Origin: Candidatus Scalindua sp.
Lineage (GTDB): Bacteria; Planctomycetota; Brocadiia; Brocadiales; Scalinduaceae
NCBI GenBank assembly: GCA_021777035.1
Contig: JAIQZR010000192.1
Coordinates: forward strand, 185-32,184
Length of the DNA stretch: 32,000 bases
Direction of reading: 5' to 3'
Part shown: one piece after another, positions 1-7,552 of the stretch
Numbering within the stretch: position 1 is the first letter of the stretch
Layout: each line of letters starts with the position of its first letter
Notes under the pieces: generated by a model
Told to the model about the DNA's origin: nothing
Seen by the model: the letters and a program-made list of their open reading frames with translations, nothing else
Databases searched by the model: none
Program-made: the position numbers and the translations under genes

Positions 1-410
1 ATCTGTTTAACACCCGCAAGGTTGTGGATGGCCATTTGCGTGCTGGCATGGATATTAAATCCGGGGAATTGGGATTGAATCAAATAGAGAAGCCCCAGAT
101 CCTGGATGATTATTGAGTCTGGCCGTATCTCTTCCAGTGCCACTAAGAGGTCAACCGCCTTTTCCAGTTCTAAAGTCTTTACGAGTGTATTGAACGCGAT
201 ATAGACTTTAATTGATTTCCTGCGAGCATAGGCAATGGCCTTACTAGCATCATCCAGAGAGAAGTTCTGCGCGCTTGCACGGGCGCTGAAATCCTTTAAT
301 CCAAAATAGACAGCATCAGCCCCATTTTCAACTGCGGCAAAAAAACTCTCCATATTACCAGCTGGTGAGAGCAACTCCGGTTTCATACTCTGAGAATAAT
401 GGATAGACAT
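1..410 (-). CDS. Peptidase U32 family protein (YhbU/collagenase-like), N-terminal part; the gene continues beyond the window start
   Basis: Absent from the ORF track because it runs off the edge. My reverse-strand translation from the ATG (reverse complement of 408-410) reads MSIHYSQSMKPELLSPAGNMESFFAAVENGADAVYFGLKDFSARASAQNFSLDDA...FNIHASTQMAIHN. This matches the conserved U32 N-terminus (ELLxPAGN, GADAVYxG, FSAR, STQ). Confidence 0.75.
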   Translation of the reverse strand, partial: MSIHYSQSMKPELLSPAGNMESFFAAVENGADAVYFGLKDFSARASAQNFSLDDASKAIAYARRKSIKVYIAFNTLVKTLELEKAVDLLVALEEIRPDSIIIQDLGLLYLIQSQFPGFNIHASTQMAIHNLAGVKQ

Positions 411-584
411 ATGAATGTTTTAAAACTTAAATTTTAATGACTTTAGGAAGATAGAATTGATGAAATTCTAAGAAGACGATTTTAGAATCAGAATCACCAA
501 TATTCAAGCCCTTTATGGAGAATGGTATAACGCGTCAACAAAATTATTACATTCTAGATTTGTTGTACCACCGATAAAATTATC

Positions 585-620
585 TTGACACAATATGCCT
601 TAGTAATTACAGTAATTACA
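585..620 (+). promoter_or_regulatory. Sigma70-like promoter with tandem palindromic operator for the toxin-antitoxin pair
   Basis: TTGACA (585-590), a 17-nt spacer, then TACAGT (608-613). A perfect tandem GTAATTACA GTAATTACA (603-620) overlaps the -10. Each unit contains the self-complementary octamer GTAATTAC. Confidence 0.45.
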
Positions 621-659
621 TTCTTATTTGCCTTTAACACTTCTGGAAAGGATAAAACG

Positions 660-932
660 GTGGAAAAACAAATACGAACTAAAGACATAAAACTAATTCC
701 CATTGGGAACTCTAAAGGAATTCGCTTGCCTAAAAACATTCTGCAAAAATATGGGTTCTCAGAATCTGTAGTGTTGGAAGAAAAAGAAGAGGGTGTTTTG
801 CTCCATAGGAAGGAAGACAGTAAACTAACATGGGAAGAAACTTTTAAGGCGATGTCTGAGGAAAAAGAAAATTGGGATGATCTTGATATAACTTTGATGG
901 ATGGATTGGAGGATGAACACCCTGGCTCCTAA
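660..932 (+). CDS. mazE: AbrB/MazE (SpoVT-AbrB) family antitoxin
   Basis: Carries the SpoVT/AbrB motif IKLIPIGNSKGIRLPKNILQKYGF and an acidic C-terminal tail. I prefer the GTG at 660, which lies 7 nt after GGAAAGGA at 645-652. The ORF-track start at 585 coincides with the -35 box. The 3' end overlaps the toxin gene. Confidence 0.7.
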   Translation: MEKQIRTKDIKLIPIGNSKGIRLPKNILQKYGFSESVVLEEKEEGVLLHRKEDSKLTWEETFKAMSEEKENWDDLDITLMDGLEDEHPGS

Positions 933-1248
933 GAGATATGAAATTTATTATGCTGATCTTAACCCTACAGTGGGCGGTGAAACAAAAAAAATTCGGCCTG
1001 TTGTTATTATTAGCCAGGATGCCATGAACCGGAATCTGGATACTGTTGTTGTTTGCCCTTTAACCAAAAAACTACATTATCAATGGCGAAGTCGCATGCA
1101 AATTCAGTGCTCTGGTCAGGATGCGGAAATTGCGGTTGATCAGATAAGAACAATTAGCAAAAACAGATTGAAACAAAAAGTTGATAAGCTATCAACGGAA
1201 GAATCTCTACAATTGAGACAACTTATTACAGATATGTATGGAGAATAA
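901..1248 (+). CDS. mazF: MazF/PemK family type II toxin (mRNA interferase)
   Basis: Family-typical N-terminal region YEIYYADLNPTVGGETKKIRPVVIISQDAMN...VVVCPLT and size (about 111-115 aa). It overlaps the upstream antitoxin by 20-32 nt. The start is ATG 901 or ATG 913. Confidence 0.75.
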   Translation: MDWRMNTLAPKRYEIYYADLNPTVGGETKKIRPVVIISQDAMNRNLDTVVVCPLTKKLHYQWRSRMQIQCSGQDAEIAVDQIRTISKNRLKQKVDKLSTEESLQLRQLITDMYGE

Positions 1249-1283
1249 TATCAATCTGCAACATTTTAAGAAAGGAAAAACAA

Positions 1284-1847
1284 ATGACTAAAATTTTACA
1301 ATTACTACTTATTCTGGGATTTTTAGTTTTTTCAATGCCACAGGTCTTTTCTCAAGATCAGAAAAAACAGAGTTGTTCTTTCTGTGAACTAAAGGCAAAA
1401 GGCGTAGAAAAGTGTCAAAAATGTCTGTCTAATGAAAAAGACAAATGCCGCCTACCGAATAAACAAACCGGCTGTAGTGATAAGGATAAAAAAGAACTGT
1501 GTAAAAAGTTTAAGCGTGGCCCTTACATCAATATTGCTGTACTTGAGAACCTAATCGAAAGCAATGTTCCTATGGTGCTTTTGGATGCCAGGTCAGGAAA
1601 GTGGGATGATAAATCCAGGATCCCGGGCGCTCAGAGCTTAAATGATAAATCTACCAAAGAAGAAGTTGAAAAAACCATCAAAACCAAAGAGGCCCTAGTG
1701 GTTACTTATTGTGCCAATTTGAAATGCCCCGCAAGTAACAAACTCTACATTCATCTCAAAAAACTGGGCTATAAAAATGTCCTTGAATATCCTTTCGGTA
1801 TTCAAGACTGGCTGGAATCCGGCAACGACATAGAAATGGACGAATAA
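1284..1847 (+). CDS. Secreted rhodanese-domain protein with a Cys-rich N-terminal linker
   Basis: Signal peptide MTKILQLLLILGFLVFSMPQVFS. A 7-Cys linker includes CSFC and CQKC. The rhodanese core is LLDARSGKWDDKSRIPGAQSL...VVTYCANLKCPAS...LGYKNV. An SD-like GAAAGGA lies upstream of the ATG. Confidence 0.7.
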   Translation: MTKILQLLLILGFLVFSMPQVFSQDQKKQSCSFCELKAKGVEKCQKCLSNEKDKCRLPNKQTGCSDKDKKELCKKFKRGPYINIAVLENLIESNVPMVLLDARSGKWDDKSRIPGAQSLNDKSTKEEVEKTIKTKEALVVTYCANLKCPASNKLYIHLKKLGYKNVLEYPFGIQDWLESGNDIEMDE

Positions 1848-1961
1848 TACTGAGATAAAACGGTCAGCAACTATTCTGAATAAGAAACTGGTCGCTATCC
1901 GGATATCATAAAAATTAACAGATCCATGTATCACAAACACTTTTTAATCAGGAGATAAAAA

Positions 1962-3029
1962 TTGAAGTTATTTGTCATTTCCATCGTAGTTTCTTTGGCC
2001 TTAATCGGGTGCGTTAACACAAAGACAGAAACCATTGTTTCTGAAAAAAAACAGTCTGAAGTTACCATTTTTGAAGGAGAAACTCATTTAAGAAATATCA
2101 GGCAACTTACTTTCGGCGGAGAGAATGCTGAGGCCTATTTCTCTTATAATGCAGACAAACTCATATTCCAGTCGAAACGTGATAATCTGCAATGTGATGC
2201 TATATTTACTATGGATCTCGATGGCAACAATGTAAAAATGCTGTCATCGGGCAAAGGTACTACTACCTGTTCTTTTATTGCCCCTGACTATAAATCGATA
2301 ATTTATGCGTCTACTCACCTAAGTGGAGAAGAATGTCCACCCAAACCGGACATGTCGAAGGGTTATGTCTGGGCGTTATATAAAGGCTTTGACATTTTCA
2401 AGGCCGACCCTGACGGTTCGAATCTCAGGCGCTTAACTCACACTCCGGGATATGATGCAGAAGGGGTCTATTCTCCAAAAGGAGACAGGATCATTTTCAC
2501 GTCAGTCCGTACCGGCGACCTGGAACTTTTCCTGATGGATCCAGATGGATCAAATATTGAGCAACTAACTGACACCCCCGGCTATGATGGCGGTGCTTTC
2601 TTTTCTCTCGACGGTAAATGGATCTGCTGGAGGGCGTCAAGGCCACAGGGTGAAGAACTTACAGACTACAGGGACTTACTCCGGAACGGCCTGATCAGAC
2701 CAAGCAAACTCGAAATATATGTCATGAACCTGGAAAAGCGCAAACCGATCCAGTTAACATTTAATGGCGCCGCTAACTTCGGCCCATATTTCCACCCGAA
2801 CGGAGAGAAGGTCATCTTTGTATCCAACATGGATGATCCGCAACACCGGAACTTTGAAATGTATATGGTTGATATTAAAACCAAAGAAATAGAACGTATA
2901 TCATATAACCCTACATTCGACGGGTTCCCCATGTTCAGCCATGACGGAAAGAAATTGGTCTTCGCCTCAAACCGTAACAACAGCAGGCCGCATGAAACAA
3001 ATATATTCATAGCCGATTGGGAGGATTGA
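1962..3029 (+). CDS. TolB-like WD40/PD40 beta-propeller lipoprotein
   Basis: Lipobox LALIGC. PD40-type blades repeat through the protein: SPKGDRIIFTSVRTGDLELFLMDPDGSN, SLDGKWICW, HPNGEKVIFVSN, SHDGKKLVFASNRNN. TTG start 7 nt after GGAG. Confidence 0.75.
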   Translation: MKLFVISIVVSLALIGCVNTKTETIVSEKKQSEVTIFEGETHLRNIRQLTFGGENAEAYFSYNADKLIFQSKRDNLQCDAIFTMDLDGNNVKMLSSGKGTTTCSFIAPDYKSIIYASTHLSGEECPPKPDMSKGYVWALYKGFDIFKADPDGSNLRRLTHTPGYDAEGVYSPKGDRIIFTSVRTGDLELFLMDPDGSNIEQLTDTPGYDGGAFFSLDGKWICWRASRPQGEELTDYRDLLRNGLIRPSKLEIYVMNLEKRKPIQLTFNGAANFGPYFHPNGEKVIFVSNMDDPQHRNFEMYMVDIKTKEIERISYNPTFDGFPMFSHDGKKLVFASNRNNSRPHETNIFIADWED

Positions 3030-3045
3030 ACAAGAAAAAGCTAAG

Positions 3046-3078
3046 CCTTTTTGACAGGATTAACTGGATAAACAAGAT
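3046..3078. repeat. Left arm of an inverted repeat flanking the GxxExxY fragment
   Basis: CTTTTTGACAGGATTAACTGGATAAACAAGAT. Internally it is three degenerate ~9-nt units (ACAGGATTA / ACTGGATAA / ACAAGATAT). It is near-identical to the reverse complement of 3322-3354. Confidence 0.6.
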
Positions 3079-3126
3079 ATATATCTAGTTAAACAAAACA
3101 TCTATCACAACCAGAGGGAAATTGTA

Positions 3127-3309
3127 ATGGAATATAAAGAATTGACTGACACAATTATTTTGGAATTAAAGTCACTTAGGCAAATTATTAAGGCTCATGA
3201 AGTACAATTGGTTAATTACCTTGTAGCTACGGGAAAACCAGCGGGGCTTATTCTTAATTTTGGGGAGAGTAAAGTTGATGTTAAACGAAAAGTGAAGAAT
3301 TTAGAATAG
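3127..3309 (+). pseudogene. Truncated GxxExxY family (PD-(D/E)XK-like) protein, C-terminal half only
   Basis: The 60-aa ORF reads ILELKSLRQIIKAHEVQLVNYLVATGKPAGLILNFGESKVDVKRKV. This matches the C-terminal half of the ~125-aa GxxExxY proteins (VELKAV..HEAQLLNYLKATG..GLLINFG). The N-terminal half with the GxxExxY motif is absent, and only 97 nt lie upstream. Confidence 0.6.
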
Positions 3310-3321
3310 TATTATAAAAAC

Positions 3322-3354
3322 ATCTTGTTTTATCCTGTTATCCTGTCGAAAAAG
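3322..3354. repeat. Right arm of the inverted repeat flanking the GxxExxY fragment
   Basis: ATCTTGTTTTATCCTGTTATCCTGTCGAAAAAG. Its reverse complement, CTTTTTCGACAGGATAACAGGATAAAACAAGAT, aligns with 3046-3078 with only small indels or mismatches. Confidence 0.6.
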
Positions 3355-6300
3355 TTATCTCTCAACCACCTTAGTTGTAACAGTATATTCTATGCCATCA
3401 CGCGTAAAAATTATCATAATCTCATTGCCTACCCGTAATGACTTTAAGACATCGGAAAAGGTTTCCAGATCTTCGATTGCGATTTCCCCGATACGTACAA
3501 TTATGTCACCCTTCTGAAGCCCGACTTTGTCTGCCGGAGAATCGATCGTCACACCGTCAAGCTGAACACCTTTACCGGTAAAATCATAGGCGGGAACAGT
3601 ACCAAGGACGACACGCCTTTTCTTATGTGACTGTTTTTTCTGTGGAGACAAACTCTCTTTTGCAACAGTTAGTGTTGAGGTCAAAGGTTCCGGCCTTGCG
3701 GCAAGGTACTCAACCGCTTCCTTTAAGACGGCAGCAGTCTTTACTAAACCTGCCGTATCTATTCTATCAACCGTATCAGTTGGACGATGATAGTTATCCC
3801 GCGCACCACTGAAGAGATGCACAGCAGGCACACCGGCATCGATAAAACTCTTCTCATCTCCGTTGCCAGTATCCAGAGTTGATTGTTTGATAGAGACTCC
3901 AGTCACATATCCTGCACCACGAAATATATGTACCCATTCGCTAGCAGAGTAATTACCAAAAATAGTTAGCGCATCATGACCTAACTGGCCAACTGTATCA
4001 AGATTGATCATCGCCATAATTTTAGAAACAGGATATTTTTCTGCATTCTTTACATAATGTATTGAACCGAGCTTGCCGGCTTCCTCAGCGCTGAAGGCTA
4101 CAAACACAATCGTGCGTTCTGGCTGCCATTTTTTACCAGCCAGTCGTGCAAATTCCAACAAGACGGATATCCCACTGGCATTGTCGTCTGCGCCAGGGTG
4201 GATTTTACCTTCGTTACCTGCAAGGCAATCAGGCCAACCCAAACCATGCGAATCATAGTGGGCTCCGATAACCACACTCTGCCCATCAAATTGAGAATTA
4301 TTGCCCGGTATAATTCCAATAACGTTCTGAACCGTAACAACATCATGCTCAGATATATCCACCTTTTCAGTCCAGGTTTGAAAATAATCATCCGACCTGT
4401 CTCCGCAAGGTTGTAAACCCGCATCAGAAAATTGCCTGGCGATATAGGCAGCAGCTTTATCCAGTCCCTCAGTCCCAAGTCCCCTTCCAGCCAGTTCGTC
4501 AGAAGCAAGGTATTCAATATCCTTTAACATTCTCGCCTCTGAAAAAAAAGGAGGCAGTTGCGCAAGGGCAGAACGTGGTTTCAGTTTGGCTGTTACCAGT
4601 TCAACTTCTTTACCATCTTCTTGAGAAATGGCAATGGACATGGGTGAATTGACTACAGGCCATTGCCCCTTGAAGACGTTGGCCGGCTCATCACCCGTAA
4701 AGCCAAGATAGCTATATTTATTGTAGTGTGGTAGTTTCCTTCCCAACCCAGGCATTGCGGCAATATTGTCAGTCGCCAGCCACGCCAGAGCATGGGCATT
4801 ATTAGACGGGTGACGCCCCATTATTACAACAGAATGTTTATCTCGTTTCATTTCAGTATTTTCGATAGATACACCACTCTCATTTTTGGCATACTCATAA
4901 TCGGATAGCGCATTGTTAAACATTGGACGAAAGCGATTTTCCCATCCAAACAACCATACTGCACGATCTGCCGGTAATTCTTCCAGTTCATTATCAAGCT
5001 TAATCTCCATGTTCACAGCACGGCCTTTCTGCCAACCTTTTGCCAATTCCTGATAGCCCAGACGGATTGATGCAGAGGTACTTGCAGGTAATACCACCAA
5101 TACCTGCTCTGCTCCAAATACCTGACTTAATGCCGGTGGACTTTCATTGTGATCTAATGTGCGAAAAATATCAAATTCAGGATCAACGTCCAGTTGCAAC
5201 GGACGCACAGGAAATTTTAGTTCCAGGTTGTACAGCTTTGCATCGACATTAATGGTTGTCTGGAACGCATTAGCGACCCCTTCCATGTGGACAGCAATTG
5301 GCAGTTTTAACAGATATGGCCCTGCTTCCTGTGTCTGTTCAATAACAGCTGACAGCACGTAACCATCGCCTTTTGGTTTAGCAACCGCCTGACTCACTTG
5401 CAAAGAGGGTGAACCAGTCCTCTTTACCCATTGTTCAAACATGGATTCCAAGGGTACATTGTTTACATTATTAAAGACCGTTTCTACATCATCAAAAGAA
5501 GCGAGCTTAAACTTATATTTTCTATAAAATCTATGAAGTGCTTTGACAAAGTCTTGATCTCCCAACTCCTGCCGAAGCATATGGAATAGCATCATGGTCT
5601 TACCATATCCTACGGCCTCTGTGACGGCACTATGCCGTGATCTAAATTTTGTCAGTGGAAAGTCCTTCTCCTTATTAGCAGTCACATAGTTCGTATATTT
5701 CTGGAGGACAGACCGACGGTATTCAACGGCCGCACCACGCTGCTCTTTAATAAGATGGTCAGCAAGATACGTTGTCAATCCCTCCGCCCAATTACCCTTT
5801 TCGTAATCAGTATATACCCCATTACCCCACCAGTTATGCAGAATTTCATGAGGATAAGAGGAATGAAGGATAAACGGAAAACGAATGACCCTGGAACCAA
5901 GAAGAGTGAATGAAGGCATGCCATAACCTGTCTCCCAGAAGTTCTCGACGAGTGCAAACTTACTGTAAGGATACGGGCCGAGGAGTTTCCGATACATCTC
6001 AAGATACTGTGCGGTTGTATCCAGGTATTTCTGCGCAAGTTGTGGATCAGGGTCTCGTAAGAAAGCCATTGCTTCCACTGCGCCAGCAGCCTGGTTATAT
6101 TCAGTAAACTCGGAAGATATCAGATATATCTCTTCCTGCGGTGTATCTGCCACCCATACATCACGTCTTGAGTCGGCACGGACATCACTCTTTTCACGTG
6201 TACCCTGACTCACAGACGACCACCCTGCCGGTAATTCAACATCCAGATTAAATGTTACCAGTTCATCTACAAAATGTGGATACCAGTAGGTTGATCCGCT

Positions 6301-6765
6301 TAAGAAAATACCTTCCGGGAAAATTATGCCGGGTGACACACTAAAACTGCGTGCGTATTCTTCACCATATTCCCTGACGGGATGATAGATCTCACCAGCG
6401 TATTTGATTGTAAACTGATTGGTTCCAGATGGGAGCTTTACTTCAAAAAGATCCATCTTAATATTACTATGTTGAAGTGACTGATTGTCGCTGAAAAATT
6501 GTCCGGCTTCAGCACCAAAGTTTTTTCTTAGTATGAGATCTTTATCTAAAATTTCAGGCCCGAGCCTCTGATGAAGCGTAAATCGAAGCGGCCCTGCTTT
6601 TAAGGACTCCTGATGCAAGGTTATTTGATCAACTACCTCAATCCGATGACTGTCCGGATCCAGCTTAACCTTAAGGTCATGGTTGATCTGTCCGAATGCT
6701 GTTGGTGATATAACCAGGACAAACAATGCGATCTGTAAAAAGCGCCAGAACAGTTGACAATTCAT
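3355..6765 (-). CDS. Secreted multidomain metallopeptidase: M1 (aminopeptidase N-like) + M28 aminopeptidase + C-terminal PDZ
   Basis: M1 gluzincin motif HEILHNWWGN followed by WAEGLTTY (HExxH-x18-E). M28 ligand motifs GAHYDSHG, GADDNASG, FSAEEAGKLGS, NLDTVG and YHRPTD. PDZ-like GVQLDGVTIDSPADKVGLQKGDIIVRIGE. I prefer the ATG at 6765, which follows GGAG and begins the signal peptide MNCQLFWRFLQIALFVLVISPTAFG. The ORF-track TTG at 6810 adds 15 aa. Confidence 0.8.
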   Translation of the reverse strand: MNCQLFWRFLQIALFVLVISPTAFGQINHDLKVKLDPDSHRIEVVDQITLHQESLKAGPLRFTLHQRLGPEILDKDLILRKNFGAEAGQFFSDNQSLQHSNIKMDLFEVKLPSGTNQFTIKYAGEIYHPVREYGEEYARSFSVSPGIIFPEGIFLSGSTYWYPHFVDELVTFNLDVELPAGWSSVSQGTREKSDVRADSRRDVWVADTPQEEIYLISSEFTEYNQAAGAVEAMAFLRDPDPQLAQKYLDTTAQYLEMYRKLLGPYPYSKFALVENFWETGYGMPSFTLLGSRVIRFPFILHSSYPHEILHNWWGNGVYTDYEKGNWAEGLTTYLADHLIKEQRGAAVEYRRSVLQKYTNYVTANKEKDFPLTKFRSRHSAVTEAVGYGKTMMLFHMLRQELGDQDFVKALHRFYRKYKFKLASFDDVETVFNNVNNVPLESMFEQWVKRTGSPSLQVSQAVAKPKGDGYVLSAVIEQTQEAGPYLLKLPIAVHMEGVANAFQTTINVDAKLYNLELKFPVRPLQLDVDPEFDIFRTLDHNESPPALSQVFGAEQVLVVLPASTSASIRLGYQELAKGWQKGRAVNMEIKLDNELEELPADRAVWLFGWENRFRPMFNNALSDYEYAKNESGVSIENTEMKRDKHSVVIMGRHPSNNAHALAWLATDNIAAMPGLGRKLPHYNKYSYLGFTGDEPANVFKGQWPVVNSPMSIAISQEDGKEVELVTAKLKPRSALAQLPPFFSEARMLKDIEYLASDELAGRGLGTEGLDKAAAYIARQFSDAGLQPCGDRSDDYFQTWTEKVDISEHDVVTVQNVIGIIPGNNSQFDGQSVVIGAHYDSHGLGWPDCLAGNEGKIHPGADDNASGISVLLEFARLAGKKWQPERTIVFVAFSAEEAGKLGSIHYVKNAEKYPVSKIMAMINLDTVGQLGHDALTIFGNYSASEWVHIFRGAGYVTGVSIKQSTLDTGNGDEKSFIDAGVPAVHLFSGARDNYHRPTDTVDRIDTAGLVKTAAVLKEAVEYLAARPEPLTSTLTVAKESLSPQKKQSHKKRRVVLGTVPAYDFTGKGVQLDGVTIDSPADKVGLQKGDIIVRIGEIAIEDLETFSDVLKSLRVGNEIMIIFTRDGIEYTVTTKVVER

Positions 6766-7212
6766 TATAAATTCTCCAGTTATTATGATTTTTAAACGCT
6801 CCCCGGACAAAAGACACCGGAGAGTGGTAAATATAGTTTTTATCGTTATTCTAATCCTTGACCTCCTATTATAATCTGAGGATTTTCACAATCTACTAAA
6901 TTGTCATTCCTATAACGCATTATCATAATTTATTATAATTAATGAAGTCACTGTCTACTGTAAAAATACTAAGTTTTTCAAGATTTGCGATAGCGATAAT
7001 CAAGAAATCAGTTGCTGATCCTTGAATCCCATTTTTACGACAGAAACTAGTTAGCCAATGCTGTATTTTAGCGTTTGGTTAAACGACTGATTATGTACAT
7101 TTTTTGTTAATAGATTGGACAATCAAACAGGTTTTTTTCCTTGTACTTTCGTATTTATTAACTAAAATAACCATGTTGTTCTTTCTCATGGAGGGGACGA
7201 GAATAATTCCCC

Positions 7213-7249
7213 GGGAGGTACAAGTTCACGCTTGTACTTCCCTTTTTTT
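7213..7249 (+). terminator. Rho-independent terminator not attached to any annotated gene
   Basis: GGGAGGTACAAG (7213-7224), loop TTCACG, CTTGTACTTCCC (7231-7242), then T7 (7243-7249). The stem is 12 bp with one G-U pair. It sits in a 790-bp gap between divergent genes. Confidence 0.6.
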
Positions 7250-7405
7250 GTAATAATAAAAAATCAACTGTCGCCAACTATGTCAGAATTGGCAGTAACC
7301 AACAGGAATTAGCAGAAAACAGTTGAAAACCTTAAACTATTATGGTATAAGGTGTAACAGTATAACAAACACTATGATCGGCAGTTTTAAAATTAATAAA
7401 AATGG

Positions 7406-7461
7406 TTCTGCCATACCTTGGAAGCAGAAGATCGCTGGTTCAAATCCAGTCGAGCAATCCA
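7406..7461 (+). pseudogene. tRNA-Pro(UGG)-derived 3' fragment (anticodon arm with a 5-nt insertion, T-arm, acceptor 3' strand, CCA)
   Basis: The sequence reads TTCTGC-CATAC-CTTGGAA-GCAGAA-GATC-GCTGG-TTCAAAT-CCAGT-CGAGCAA-T-CCA. It has a canonical T-loop and a CTTGGAA anticodon loop (UGG). I found no D-arm or 5' acceptor strand (TTGYTYG) upstream. A T7 run follows at 7462-7468. Confidence 0.45.
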
Positions 7462-7552
7462 TTTTTTTGAGCCACAAAAAATAGAAATGCACACTTTATC
7501 AGCCTATTAAGTACCAGGTTTTAACTTTCTAACAAAATCTCTGAAAATCAAT

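Noticed and set aside
4098-6107. Several 60-140 aa ORFs on both strands inside 3355-6765
   Set aside because: All are nested within or antisense to the 1136-aa peptidase gene, which has continuous domain support.
7381-7461. A complete tRNA gene ending in CCA
   Set aside because: Only the anticodon-arm-like hairpin, T-arm and 3' acceptor strand are present. No 5' acceptor strand (TTGYTYG) or D-arm lies upstream, and the anticodon loop would be 12 nt. I report it as a tRNA-Pro-derived fragment instead.
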